A stretch of DNA of 31,156 nucleotides from Candidatus Thorarchaeota archaeon (GCA_016933575.1 JAFGAR010000125.1:1-31156), one strand, 5' to 3'; numbered from the stretch's first letter, positions 8,360-19,436 are shown. Notes: generated by a model not told the origin, from the sequence alone. A program made the numbers and translations.

Positions 8360-9769
8360 ATGAATGAAGGTTGGTATTGCTATTTGAATGGACCTAGAGA
8401 AACCTCTTCCGATAAAAAAGAACCAGAAATGCTCATCGATGACTCGAGAAATCTGCTAGATATGATGGAGCCCAACTCGGTTGATGTGATAATTACATCT
8501 CCTCCTTATTTTGATGCCAAGGACTATGATGTAGATAATCAGATCGGTTTTGGTCAGACATATGAAGTCTATCTGAATGAACTGGAGAAGGTTCTATCTG
8601 ATTGCTATAAGGTAGCTAAAGATACAGGATCTTTATGGTTGATCATGGATACTGTTGTCCGGGATGGACATATGCATCTCATTCCGTTCGAATTAGCTCA
8701 GAATATGAGTGATCAAACCGATAGTTGGAAGCTAACTGACATTATTATTTGGAATAAGGGGAAATCGTTGCCTTGGACAAAAAAGGGAACTTTTCGTAAA
8801 GTTTCAGAATATATCTTCTTTTTCAGAAAAGGGGAAAATTTCAAGTTTGAAATCGATCGAATAAGGGAACCAGAGATGACCAAGTGGTGGGTTAAATGGC
8901 CAGAAAGATATCATCCACTTGGTAAGATCCCAGGAGATATCTGGAATTTCAGGATACCTACACAAGGTAGTTGGGGCAATGGTTACTTGCGTCATTTTTG
9001 TCCATTTCCACATGAACTGGTTGAGCGTATTGTTTTATTGACCACCGATGAAGGCGACACAGTCTTTGATCCATTTGCAGGTTCTGGGGCTGTTTTAGCT
9101 ACTGCTTACGCTCTTCGGCGAAAAGCGATCGGTATTGAACTAAATCGAGAATATGTTGAGCGATTTTACTCAACTGCATTGCCAGCATTTATCAAGGAAT
9201 ATCAAGATACTCCTCAAAGAAAACTTGATTCACCTGCTCAATCTACTAAATTCGAAAAGATATCTGCTCTGACTCAGCTCAAGTACTCCTTGACTTTTGT
9301 TCAACTCATGTTAGAGCAAAATGATGTTAAACATCAGGAAGGATTTACTTTCTCTCTTTTCATCGAAGTTGATAATGATCGGGAGAAATTCCTAAGTGTT
9401 GGTAATTTCGCGCCTGAGATGGTGATCGTGTCACCAAATGACGAATTCACTCATTTAATCTGCAAACATCGCGATGATATTCTACTCAAATCAAAACTAG
9501 CTTCATACAGGATAGAGGCAAGTATTGATATAATGAATCAATCTGAATTTGAAAAGAGCAGTTTTGGCAAACGGATACTAAAAAAGAATCTTTTCGTATA
9601 TTCCGGAAGCAAATTCTATGACTTTGATATCTCGCTCTCTGAATCCAAATCCTGGAACAAGTATGTAGTTCCAGATCAACCTAAAGTATTTGCTAACATA
9701 TCTATTCGATTGAAAAAGGGCGGAAATGACATTCTGCTCAACGAGTCAAAACACCAATCAGTTCTTTGA
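8360..9769 (+). CDS. Beta-class site-specific DNA methyltransferase (SPPY, probably N4-cytosine) with ~190-aa C-terminal extension
   Basis: NSVDVIITSPPY (motif IV) precedes HFCPFP.ELVER and VFDPFAGSG (motif I), then GIELN. Confidence 0.9.
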   Translation: MNEGWYCYLNGPRETSSDKKEPEMLIDDSRNLLDMMEPNSVDVIITSPPYFDAKDYDVDNQIGFGQTYEVYLNELEKVLSDCYKVAKDTGSLWLIMDTVVRDGHMHLIPFELAQNMSDQTDSWKLTDIIIWNKGKSLPWTKKGTFRKVSEYIFFFRKGENFKFEIDRIREPEMTKWWVKWPERYHPLGKIPGDIWNFRIPTQGSWGNGYLRHFCPFPHELVERIVLLTTDEGDTVFDPFAGSGAVLATAYALRRKAIGIELNREYVERFYSTALPAFIKEYQDTPQRKLDSPAQSTKFEKISALTQLKYSLTFVQLMLEQNDVKHQEGFTFSLFIEVDNDREKFLSVGNFAPEMVIVSPNDEFTHLICKHRDDILLKSKLASYRIEASIDIMNQSEFEKSSFGKRILKKNLFVYSGSKFYDFDISLSESKSWNKYVVPDQPKVFANISIRLKKGGNDILLNESKHQSVL

Positions 9770-10078
9770 TATCTCTGCATCCATAAGGACCCATCCAAAA
9801 AAGAACCATATGCATACAGGCAAATTTGCACCTGGGATTAGTTTAGCTCTCGAAATATTGCATAAGTAGGAAATGCATAACGCTCCTGCTAACTGGTATG
9901 AAATATAAGACCATTTTAGATTAGTTTTAATTATCTACAAGCATAAGGTTCAAAAAGAGGAATGCCAGAACCTTTCCTTGTGGTGGGAAATGTTCGATGA
10001 TATGGCATATATCTATCGAATATCCTTATCTATTCGAATTTCAAAGTCATAAAATGGTTTGAAAATGGGGCTGCGATA

Positions 10079-11854
10079 ATGATGAATACTGAAGACACTC
10101 TACTTAGTTTACAACTATTTTATTCACAAGGTCGTAGAGGTAACTCAAATACGCGAGAAACTCCTAGCGAAGATCCATTTCTCAAGCAAATGTATGTAGA
10201 AACTAATCTAGATAGGAATCTGCTAAGTGACATACTTTCCAATAAATATCACTTGGTAGTAATAACAGGAAATCCCGGCGATGGCAAAACAGCATTTCTA
10301 AAAAGACTTGAAGAAAAGGGAGTAAACGCTCAGGACCGTCCAAATGGCAAAATCTTCAAAGTTCAAAAGTATCCAATTGAGATCAACTATGATGGTTCTC
10401 AGGATCATCAAGATATTGATAACCAGACAATTCTGAAGGAATTTTTCAGCCCTGTAGAAAACGCAATAGGCTCCAGTAAAGCGATAGATCATACTCGTGT
10501 TATTGCGATTAATGAAGGAAGACTACTTCAACATTTGAATCTGAGGGAAGGTAGTAAGCCTCTCTATCCAAAACTACGAGTGATTGTAGAAAACCAGCTC
10601 GAAATGAAAAACGGGTCTAACTCATTAGATGGAACTGTTGTTGTTATCGATCTAAACAAAAGATCAGTTGTAGCGAGAAGATCAAACGATAATAGCTCCA
10701 TCTTAGAAGATATTATTATGAGAATGTCTGAAGAAAAATGGTGGACCTCGTGTAACAGCTGTGAAGTAAGAGAGTACTGCCCTGTAAATATTAATATCTC
10801 AAGTATGAAACGGCAAAAGATTCGTGATAGATTCCGGGAACTCATCAGAATCGCCTCCTTTTGGGGAAAGATGCATATCACTATCAGAGATACTCTTTCG
10901 GCTTTGTCATTTATCTTGTTCGGAGAATCAAGCTGTGAGGACATACGCAAGATACTAACAGAGAAGAACGAAGGCTGGGAAAAATGGGTTGTAGACCAGA
11001 TATATTTCAATTCGATTCTAAACGGAAGTCCGAAGGATCGGATTCTATCTACTACTTCTTTATTTGAGATTTATCGATTTCCAGGAGCTCCTCATCTGGA
11101 CGCAGATGCATTTTTTGGCTTGCCTTCCAAAATTGCTAATAATTATGTATATGAGAAAGACAATTCAGAGATGCTAAGGATTCTCAGAATTCTAGACCGT
11201 CTTTCGTTCTACACAGAAGATGGAAAGAAATCCAAGTACCATTATGAGTCATTGAAGAATATGCTCTTTTTTGAGGGGATTGAAGACATCCATCAAAATC
11301 TAATGCCAGTGAAGCATTACATTTCATTTAAGAACGATATACTGATTGATGTTCTTGGGAATTTACGATTCGATGATTTTAAGGTGAGGAATCAGATCAT
11401 TCGATCATTAAATAAAAGCAGAGGATTGGATGAAAAATCCAACAAGCTTACTGTGGGACATACTGAACATACAAATGGCCATATCATATCATACAATGAA
11501 TTTGACTCAGGATTCTTTACACTTGAAGTTCCACGTGTTGAAGAGCCAATATCTCATTACTGTGAAAACGAGCCAAATTCCCTGATCCTTTGTTATACTA
11601 GAGATTCAAGTACCAGGTGTTCGGAAACACCCATCCGTCTCGTGATCGATCTTGAAATGTATAACATGATACGGGACATAGATACAGGTTATCTTCCAAC
11701 TCGGAATGAACTGGAAGGTAAATTCTACAATCTTGGTATGTTTCTTGAAATGCTAGAAGAGCTTGGAGGAAAGGAAATTCAAATATTCGATACAATCAAC
11801 AAAGAAAAAGCTCAGATACGAGTTACATCTGGACAAAGGGTGGAGGTGAACTAG
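10079..11854 (+). CDS. DptF/DndF-like P-loop ATPase (MAD6 C-terminal ATPase-like, no kinase domain)
   Basis: LFYSQ..RGNSNTR, YVETNLD, Walker A VVITGNPGDGKT, YDGSQD, AINEGRL, DLNKRSVV, Cys cluster CNSCEVREYCP, HITIRD. Confidence 0.7.
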   Translation: MMNTEDTLLSLQLFYSQGRRGNSNTRETPSEDPFLKQMYVETNLDRNLLSDILSNKYHLVVITGNPGDGKTAFLKRLEEKGVNAQDRPNGKIFKVQKYPIEINYDGSQDHQDIDNQTILKEFFSPVENAIGSSKAIDHTRVIAINEGRLLQHLNLREGSKPLYPKLRVIVENQLEMKNGSNSLDGTVVVIDLNKRSVVARRSNDNSSILEDIIMRMSEEKWWTSCNSCEVREYCPVNINISSMKRQKIRDRFRELIRIASFWGKMHITIRDTLSALSFILFGESSCEDIRKILTEKNEGWEKWVVDQIYFNSILNGSPKDRILSTTSLFEIYRFPGAPHLDADAFFGLPSKIANNYVYEKDNSEMLRILRILDRLSFYTEDGKKSKYHYESLKNMLFFEGIEDIHQNLMPVKHYISFKNDILIDVLGNLRFDDFKVRNQIIRSLNKSRGLDEKSNKLTVGHTEHTNGHIISYNEFDSGFFTLEVPRVEEPISHYCENEPNSLILCYTRDSSTRCSETPIRLVIDLEMYNMIRDIDTGYLPTRNELEGKFYNLGMFLEMLEELGGKEIQIFDTINKEKAQIRVTSGQRVEVN

Positions 11855-13465
11855 TTGACAGATCATCACGATCTAATCGTACCAGAAATCTTAGATTTGA
11901 GCCCTCGACAGGTTGTTCTTGAACAAGCCCTGACTGAATTTCTAGTTTCTTTGAAATCAAAAATACCCTCCAAGATACCTAAGAAACGAAGAAATAAGAA
12001 AGATTTCCAATTCTTTCACGTTCTGGAAGACATTCTTGATGAAGCAGAAAAACAACAGGTTAAGAACGAGGAACATGAAGAAACTATTAGATTAGCTTTG
12101 AAGAAGCTTATCACATCAAGTAACAATGCTTTCGGAATATCAGATGCCAAGTTAGATCTTTTTGTGAATTGGATAATTGACAAGCTACTCGTTAGATCTG
12201 GGAAACGCGATAGTAAGGAGTATGTAAGCTTTAGGCCATATCATTTGAAAGCCGCCAAGGTATACCCCAAGGGATGGCATATAGTAGGTCCTTTCTTGTA
12301 TTCGATGATCGCTTCAAATTCTTCTGTAGTTGATGAACTAAGCTCGTATTTTGAGGAGAGCAATAACTTGGGTGCAGAATACAAAGTTCTCTGCAATTTA
12401 ATAGATGCCATCAAATACGAATCCACGCCAAAATCTGATAAGAAGAGCCATCCTTTGTGCAAATCAGCGGCGAATGAATTATGTATGGATATTATGCGGA
12501 TATTGGCGTATGGGAATGAAATTCCCCGAAGGGTGATGACTCGGTTAATTCAAAACTGCTTGCTATTACACATATCACTTTATTTCTTGAGAATTGTCAA
12601 ATTAGTAAACGCCGCGAGCAGTCAATCATTGAAAGGATCCGTCCAACTTCCTTGTAGTACATGCCAATCAACAGAACAATGCCCATATTCTCCAAACATA
12701 TTCATTTCAGTTGAAAAAACCAACAAGGATATCGCAAAAAGATCAAGGATTCGTCTACATGAACACAGAGATGAAATTAACTTGTTTGTTAAGAACTTAA
12801 TTCGAATCCGAAAATTGTACGATTTTTGTCTGAAGAAATCGATATGCAAACAAGGATCCTTTGATCTTAAGGTTGTATTAGAGAGCCAGAGGAATAAAAT
12901 GTCTAAAACACATTTCAAAGCATTGATAAAAAGCTACATAACTTCAGGTAAAATAACATTTTCAAAGGAACAACAAAGGGACCTCTTGAAATCATCTTCA
13001 CACCCCTTAGAGAATTACGTTGAAGCGCTCAATAATCATCATTTCAGAAATGGTACAAGGCGGCATCGTGAATGGTATGAGCAGGTTGCTTCAAATGGAA
13101 ATCAGGGATTCGTCCGAGTAGGCGCACGAGGACAACAAAGGGGTTATCACTCAAATGCAGATCTTCTAAAGCTTCTAGTGCTGCTGATTTCTACAGAAGA
13201 AATCGAATCAGAAGGGCAAAACCCTAGTTTTCGAACACAAAGATACATGACACTCGAAGAATTTTGTAATATCGCGGCAAAGAAATATGGTATTCTATTC
13301 CACAAATGGAACCTTTCTGCTGATATGACTTTTTCAGATCTATCTTTTATTGATGAAAACATGGAAGATCTGAAAAATGCACTTACGAAATTGGGAATGT
13401 TTCGAAGGCAGTCTGATGCAACCACGTTACAATTCATTCAACCTCGTTATCAAGTAGGTGATTAG
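11855..13465 (+). CDS. DptG/MAD7-like protein
   Basis: Abuts the upstream stop (TAGTTG) with GGAGGTG RBS. RPYHL, CSTC..CP, KYGI and C-terminal LGMFRRQSDA...IQPRY, which I recall as the DptG/MAD7 terminus. Lies between the F-like and H-like genes. Confidence 0.62.
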   Translation: MTDHHDLIVPEILDLSPRQVVLEQALTEFLVSLKSKIPSKIPKKRRNKKDFQFFHVLEDILDEAEKQQVKNEEHEETIRLALKKLITSSNNAFGISDAKLDLFVNWIIDKLLVRSGKRDSKEYVSFRPYHLKAAKVYPKGWHIVGPFLYSMIASNSSVVDELSSYFEESNNLGAEYKVLCNLIDAIKYESTPKSDKKSHPLCKSAANELCMDIMRILAYGNEIPRRVMTRLIQNCLLLHISLYFLRIVKLVNAASSQSLKGSVQLPCSTCQSTEQCPYSPNIFISVEKTNKDIAKRSRIRLHEHRDEINLFVKNLIRIRKLYDFCLKKSICKQGSFDLKVVLESQRNKMSKTHFKALIKSYITSGKITFSKEQQRDLLKSSSHPLENYVEALNNHHFRNGTRRHREWYEQVASNGNQGFVRVGARGQQRGYHSNADLLKLLVLLISTEEIESEGQNPSFRTQRYMTLEEFCNIAAKKYGILFHKWNLSADMTFSDLSFIDENMEDLKNALTKLGMFRRQSDATTLQFIQPRYQVGD

Positions 13466-13466
13466 T

Positions 13467-16400
13467 ATGGCTGAAGGCAATTATTTAGATGTAGGACGAG
13501 ATGTTATAGTCGAAAGTCTTCTGGATAAAACAAAAGGGGCATGTATTCTCATTACTGGTTTGCCGCATGATGACTGCGTAGAGCTCAGTAAGCAGGTAGA
13601 AAAGGCATATATTGCATCAAAAAGAGGTTTGAAACTCAAATGTTGTGTTGTATCTGATGAATCTTCAAATAAACAGAGCTCTCTTATTGTTACATCTACT
13701 AAGGTGATCGAACTAAGGAATCTAACAAAAGAACAAGCTCCACCAGATATTCTAACCGTTTTTAAACCGCAAGGGGCAATTAGCGATGCTGACGATTCAT
13801 TCGGACCTAATAACTTTCTTCAGTTATCCTCAGATGCGATTTGGACGAAGGGCTTAGATTCCACTATGAAAAAGGCACTCAAAGATTTGACACAGGTAGA
13901 GAAAAGAAATCTACGAACAGTTATGAAAAGCTCTCCCCTGATTGATTTATACTCTCAAGTTGGGATAGATTTCTTGCTGAAATTCATTCAAGAATCGGAC
14001 CATAACAATTTCATCAAGTCAAACTTGACTTGTATTGGCTTATTCAATGATAGCGAATTGAACTTCGAGGATGATCCAGACAAGTTTGCCGAGCGACTAA
14101 AAAGAAACAATGACTTTCTCGAGAAATTTCCATCCAAATCCACCAGCACAATCACAAAGATCTTGAGAGATAGTGTATCTGATACAGAATCAGTAGTATA
14201 TAAGGAGCTCAAGAAGTATTTCAAAGATAAGAATCGACACTCACTTCATGAGGATATTAGGAATAGTCCCCCAGGAGTTGACTTTGCCAAGATACTTCCA
14301 TTACTTGGAAAACCAGAGAAACTAGTTTTTAGTTGGTCTCCAAAACCTCAACGGATATCTAAATTATTCGATGTCGGTTGGAGACTACGCCCTAAGCAAC
14401 CCCACAAAAAAATCCGGATATCAATTGCTACTATTATAAATGAGGTTGAAGAGAATGAAGTCGATATAAAAACAGTAGATGCTGATGATAAGACTGCTAG
14501 AATAGATATCAGAAGCTACTTGGATAATCATGAATCTGATGTTTATCGCCTCTATCTTACACTATTGCACGAGAATGGTTCTCCTGAAACCAAACTTGAA
14601 GCTGATATTCGAGAAGATGGAAGCGCTGATGAAACAAACATGACTACTCACTCCTTACATTCAGCTCTTTTTGCTTTCCTAAAACACTGTAGAAAAACAA
14701 AGGGTCAAGCTATCGGTGATCTAAAGATAGAAGAGCTAAATGCTAATGGAGTAGATGTTCGGATAAGTTCAGCTAGTTTAGATCAGGACGAAACATACCA
14801 ACTGAATCTAGATGATGCTCTATGGAAATATGAACAGATAGTAGTTGGTGAACCTGACTATATAGGTCCATACGTTGCATCAAAACGCTGGATTCGCGAT
14901 CCTGCTGCGGCAAATAAACCCAAACGACTAATAACGCTTAATCATACCGAAATAACTCAAAACCTGCAAAGTATCAATGAAGATCTGGTTAGCAAGTATA
15001 GTGAGTTTGTTGAAGCTAGGAAAAAACTGTTTAAGGTGATAAAAGAGCGACCTATTCAAAGCATATCTCTTCTATCGAAAGAAAAGGATAGAGAACTGCT
15101 GATAGACGACTACACAACCAAGTACTCTGAGTTGCTATCAATCCTTTATGAGTCTCTAGTATCTATGAGTGGGAGTTCTATTCGTTCAATGAAAGATATT
15201 CTTCACTATATTCTATCTTGTGATATCCTATATATAAAAGAAAATTCGAATTTGGTATCTCTAATCCCTCCATCTAATCCAACGCGACTTTCATGGATTA
15301 AAGAAACTGAATTAGCAATTCTTGAGATTAAGGAAAGCATTGATTCTGGCGATATTAGCTCCAAGAAGAGCAAAACACTACCCAGTATTAACAATCTGTC
15401 ACTTGAAGGCATACTTGGGAGTATAATTCCTCCTGTGATTTGGACTCCCATGGAACAAGATCCAGATCATGTGTGTTTGTTTCGAGGTACAGTTAATGAC
15501 ATGTGGGCAATTCTTTCGAATCCTAAAGGCGATTCTCCTTTGCTTGCCCAGGAAATTATGGGATACCTGACTAAATCTTTGGATTATGATGTTGGTGCAA
15601 GCGATAGTAGAATATTACGGAAACGGATAAGAAAGTACCTTGATATCTATCCTCACATTGATACAATAGTAATCAATGCAATCAATCCCGGAAGTGGAAG
15701 CTCTGTATTGGATGCGATCCTTAATTTACCTGAGGAACAGCACTCAAGGAATTTCAGGATCAATCTTCTTTCTTTTGAAATGTCTAATAATATCGACACT
15801 CAAATCGGAGCCTCTTTTGACAACCTCATGAAGGATCCTTATCAAAATGAACGAACATCCAATCTCTTGGAAGAACACAGCAATCCATTGATACCAGGTC
15901 TTAGATACTCAAAGAAATGGATAAAAAGAGGTGAATTCACAGAGATCCCACTTGCACACATATCAATTCTCTTTGACTCCTTTTCAGAAAGAGTTGCAGT
16001 TGATACAATTGATGTAGGCGAACTAATAGCGTCCACAACGAGCGATGGTAGACTCGCTCAATTCGACAGCAAATATTCTGAAGGAACTCAAAGTGTCTGG
16101 ACACGAGCAGTCCACTTCAGTGATTCAGATAGTGAAAACAATTCCCTTCTCAATAAGTATTCAGAATGCATTGTAAAATGCTATAAAACAGCTAGTGATA
16201 CACAAGTAATTGGTACCAGAATATCTCTGCCCAAACAAGAGAAGGATTATCTCGAGAAGATATACAAAAGATCTGATTGGGTCATACTTGTTGACAGATA
16301 CATCGGTATTGAGATGCTAGATAGAAGTTTTGAAGAGTCCAAGCCTCGATATTTGATCGATTATGCTCCAGAATTCCAAGAGGAGTTAGGCTATCGAATA

Positions 16401-18410
16401 ATCACAAGCACTGAAAGTACCAAAGCCATTACAGATCAGGTTTCAGAAAGACTTTCTGACTATTCTTGGTACGCCGATTCACATCTTAACAAAGTGATAG
16501 ATGCGCTAAATTCCCTCTCAGGCATTCTATTAATGAAATACATACAGACAAGAAATCTTTCTTCAGAAACAACTACTCTTGCTTTGGCAATGCTGGCTTT
16601 GAAAGAATGGAACAACCAAGCTAAGGACACGAAGATTGTGATAGTGCCGATCGATGCCTATCAAGATCTTTGGTTTGAGGACTCTCCGAGTAAAAAGGCA
16701 GAAAGAGCTGACCTATTGGCTATTTGCATATCCAGATCTGGCGATGTCAGTTTCACAATGATCGAAAGTAAATGTGAGAATAGCAAATCACCTATCTTTC
16801 CACAAAGGCAGAGAGCAAGACGGCAACTTAGAACTGGGAAGAAATACTTAGAACGAAGGTTCAATCTAAAAAGCAATCGTTTTCTTCATGAGATGACACG
16901 TTCTGAATTATTTGGGATCATTCGATTCCACTTTGAGAAGCAGAAACGATTTGGACATGTTATGTCATTTGACTCAATTGATGAAATTGATCTTTTCAGA
17001 AAAATCCGCACAAATCTTCTTGAATCCTCTTTTGAGGTAGATTTTGATACAATCACACTATATTTCATTCCCAAAGCGAAACCAAGATCTTACTCACTAA
17101 CAGATCCTGATGTCGTCATAGCAGATGAATCTATGTGTACGGGGATAATTCAGGAGGATGTCAAAAAATCTACTGAATTGATCGACAATCTTGTAGGCTC
17201 AAGGTGTACTAGTAAATCAAAATCCCCTCTTGAGGAAAAAGACGAATCTACTTATGATGAATCAGATGGAAATAAAGATCTCTCTACCGATTCCGAGATG
17301 CAACATGAAGAAACACCAAAGCAATCCCAGAAGGAACACACCAAAAGGAAAAAGCCCACAGATGCATTCAATGATATACTTCTGGGATATCGGCGTGACA
17401 AGGAAATTACTTGGTCTCCCTATGATGGGGCTAGTCCACATCTAATAATCGTAGGAATGACGGGTGTTGGCAAGACACAAACTATGAAGGCAATAATTGA
17501 GGAATTGGATCTGAATGGTGTTCATTCTCTTATATTCGACTTTAATGATGACTATATCGATGATGAATTTGTAGAGCGAGCCGATTGTGTTGTGCTGAAT
17601 GCTGCAGATGGCTTAGATCTGAACCCTCTTGCTATTGGGGAGAATAAAATGAACACCTCATATGAAGTGGCTGGGATTATTGCTAGGGTATATGATTTAG
17701 GAAAACAGCAAGAACGTACACTGAGAAACGCAATCAAGGAAGCCTATGATACAACTGAAGAGCTCCCTTCATTTGGACGCATTGGAGATATTTTGCGAGA
17801 TTGGGCCGAGAATTCGGATTCGGCAAACAAGAGAAACACTGCTGATTCTCTGCTAGGAAGAATAGAATCATTGTTCGACTTCGGTATATTTGGTGGTACC
17901 GATGTGAATCTACTCCAACGAATATTCCATAAGACACATGTCATCCGCCTTCAAACACTGAAGGCCGATCCCAAAGATGCATTGAAGAATGCGGTTGTCG
18001 AACTAGTTTTGAATCACCTTCAACAAGAAATGTATGCAAGAGGGCACAGTGATATGGCTGTGTACTGCATGGTAGATGAAGCACATCGTTTGACCTATAA
18101 GAACTCCCCAATTCCCAAACTCGTTCGAGAAGCCCGCAAATACGGAGTTGGAATCATTCTCAGCTCACAGATGGTGAAGGATTTCGATGATGAAGTTCTC
18201 TCAAATATAGGTGCCACAATCGCCTTCAAAGTCAGTTCAGATGAAGCTACAAAAATCGCTAAATCTATGACGAGTTTAAGAGAGGATCAGCTCGATATAA
18301 TTACGAAACTGTTAACTCTTCCTAGATTTGAAGCGATAATACGATCTCAAAAATATCCTGATTATACCGAGGTGAAGATCCTTCCCTTTTTCCAAAGGCA
18401 AGATAATTAG
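13467..18410 (+). CDS. DptH/MAD8-like giant protein: PD-(D/E)xK nuclease motif plus C-terminal HerA/FtsK-type ATPase
   Basis: IELRN, PPSNPTRLSW, INAINPG, SDWVILVDR, LIDY, RADLL...IESK, Walker A HLIIVGMTGVGKT, Walker B MVDEAH, REARKYGVGIILSSQ. AGGTGA RBS before ATG 13467. Confidence 0.75.
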   Translation: MAEGNYLDVGRDVIVESLLDKTKGACILITGLPHDDCVELSKQVEKAYIASKRGLKLKCCVVSDESSNKQSSLIVTSTKVIELRNLTKEQAPPDILTVFKPQGAISDADDSFGPNNFLQLSSDAIWTKGLDSTMKKALKDLTQVEKRNLRTVMKSSPLIDLYSQVGIDFLLKFIQESDHNNFIKSNLTCIGLFNDSELNFEDDPDKFAERLKRNNDFLEKFPSKSTSTITKILRDSVSDTESVVYKELKKYFKDKNRHSLHEDIRNSPPGVDFAKILPLLGKPEKLVFSWSPKPQRISKLFDVGWRLRPKQPHKKIRISIATIINEVEENEVDIKTVDADDKTARIDIRSYLDNHESDVYRLYLTLLHENGSPETKLEADIREDGSADETNMTTHSLHSALFAFLKHCRKTKGQAIGDLKIEELNANGVDVRISSASLDQDETYQLNLDDALWKYEQIVVGEPDYIGPYVASKRWIRDPAAANKPKRLITLNHTEITQNLQSINEDLVSKYSEFVEARKKLFKVIKERPIQSISLLSKEKDRELLIDDYTTKYSELLSILYESLVSMSGSSIRSMKDILHYILSCDILYIKENSNLVSLIPPSNPTRLSWIKETELAILEIKESIDSGDISSKKSKTLPSINNLSLEGILGSIIPPVIWTPMEQDPDHVCLFRGTVNDMWAILSNPKGDSPLLAQEIMGYLTKSLDYDVGASDSRILRKRIRKYLDIYPHIDTIVINAINPGSGSSVLDAILNLPEEQHSRNFRINLLSFEMSNNIDTQIGASFDNLMKDPYQNERTSNLLEEHSNPLIPGLRYSKKWIKRGEFTEIPLAHISILFDSFSERVAVDTIDVGELIASTTSDGRLAQFDSKYSEGTQSVWTRAVHFSDSDSENNSLLNKYSECIVKCYKTASDTQVIGTRISLPKQEKDYLEKIYKRSDWVILVDRYIGIEMLDRSFEESKPRYLIDYAPEFQEELGYRIITSTESTKAITDQVSERLSDYSWYADSHLNKVIDALNSLSGILLMKYIQTRNLSSETTTLALAMLALKEWNNQAKDTKIVIVPIDAYQDLWFEDSPSKKAERADLLAICISRSGDVSFTMIESKCENSKSPIFPQRQRARRQLRTGKKYLERRFNLKSNRFLHEMTRSELFGIIRFHFEKQKRFGHVMSFDSIDEIDLFRKIRTNLLESSFEVDFDTITLYFIPKAKPRSYSLTDPDVVIADESMCTGIIQEDVKKSTELIDNLVGSRCTSKSKSPLEEKDESTYDESDGNKDLSTDSEMQHEETPKQSQKEHTKRKKPTDAFNDILLGYRRDKEITWSPYDGASPHLIIVGMTGVGKTQTMKAIIEELDLNGVHSLIFDFNDDYIDDEFVERADCVVLNAADGLDLNPLAIGENKMNTSYEVAGIIARVYDLGKQQERTLRNAIKEAYDTTEELPSFGRIGDILRDWAENSDSANKRNTADSLLGRIESLFDFGIFGGTDVNLLQRIFHKTHVIRLQTLKADPKDALKNAVVELVLNHLQQEMYARGHSDMAVYCMVDEAHRLTYKNSPIPKLVREARKYGVGIILSSQMVKDFDDEVLSNIGATIAFKVSSDEATKIAKSMTSLREDQLDIITKLLTLPRFEAIIRSQKYPDYTEVKILPFFQRQDN

Positions 18411-18460
18411 GGGATCACACTCCCTATCGATTCAGATAGGATGCACATTGAGCTGATAGC

Positions 18461-19366
18461 ATGAACGGAAAGAACAACTCCTTTCAAGAATCTCCACGGC
18501 CAATCATGAAATGGGCAGGGGGAAAACGTTCACTTCTTCCTACTCTATTGAATAACTTGCCAAGCACCTTCGGAGATTATTATGAACCGTTCTTTGGAGG
18601 TGGTGCTTTTTACTTTAAGTTATATAAGGAAGACTTCGTCCGGAAGGCAACTATTTCTGATTTGAACGCTGATTTGATTTGGTTGTATACCGTTATTAGA
18701 GATAAACTGAATGAATTCATAGATTCTTTTGATCTCACCTACTTCGTAAGTACAAAAGAACGATTTTACAAGATCCGTTCTGAATTCAATAGGGCAAAAG
18801 CCTCAAAGGAAAGGTCATTAATTCAAGCAATCAGATTGATGTATCTAAACAAGACTTGCTTTAATGGACTATATAGAGTAAATAGCAAGGGTGAATTCAA
18901 TGTTCCCTATGGCGGCTACAAAAACCCCTCCTTCTACGATGAGGATAATTTGAAAGAGGTAAGCAAAGCACTAGGTTTTGCTGAAATAAGATGTCAGGAT
19001 TTCGAAACTGTAGTTCAATCATCCTCCAAAGGGTCCTTTGTTTATTTTGATCCTCCCTATGCCCCACTAAGCGATACGGCGGATTTCACTTCCTATACTA
19101 AGGCCGGGTTCAGTTTTTCGGAGCAGGAGAGACTTGCGAAAGTCTTCGAATCTTTAGATAGAAAAGGTTGCTTTGTAATGGAGAGTAACTCAGCAACAAA
19201 AGCAATTCGTGATCTTTATTCTCACTTCAATATATTGGAGGTCAATGCAAGTAGGGCTATCAGTGCTGATGGATCCAAGAGGGGGAAAATCAGTGAACTC
19301 CTGATAACTAATTATGAAGCCACCGCCTTAACGCGCAAGCAGACTCTTCTTTCTGATTATGGGTAG
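18461..19366 (+). CDS. dam: Dam-family (D12, alpha class) DNA adenine methyltransferase
   Basis: MKWAGGK, YYEPFFGGGA, LNKTCFNGLYRVN..G.FNVPYG, FVYFDPPY, SNS, ELLITNY. Confidence 0.93.
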   Translation: MNGKNNSFQESPRPIMKWAGGKRSLLPTLLNNLPSTFGDYYEPFFGGGAFYFKLYKEDFVRKATISDLNADLIWLYTVIRDKLNEFIDSFDLTYFVSTKERFYKIRSEFNRAKASKERSLIQAIRLMYLNKTCFNGLYRVNSKGEFNVPYGGYKNPSFYDEDNLKEVSKALGFAEIRCQDFETVVQSSSKGSFVYFDPPYAPLSDTADFTSYTKAGFSFSEQERLAKVFESLDRKGCFVMESNSATKAIRDLYSHFNILEVNASRAISADGSKRGKISELLITNYEATALTRKQTLLSDYG

Positions 19367-19436
19367 CATTTGATATGGATTCCACTAGATTTTTCATCAA
19401 GTTATCCTCTAATGAATATTAGTTGGAGGTATAACT

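Noticed and set aside
10079-18410. Calling this a canonical Dnd phosphorothioation or canonical MADS system
   Set aside because: No dndBCDE, kinase, HsdM-like or HsdS-like genes in the window; only the three-gene restriction core resembles them.
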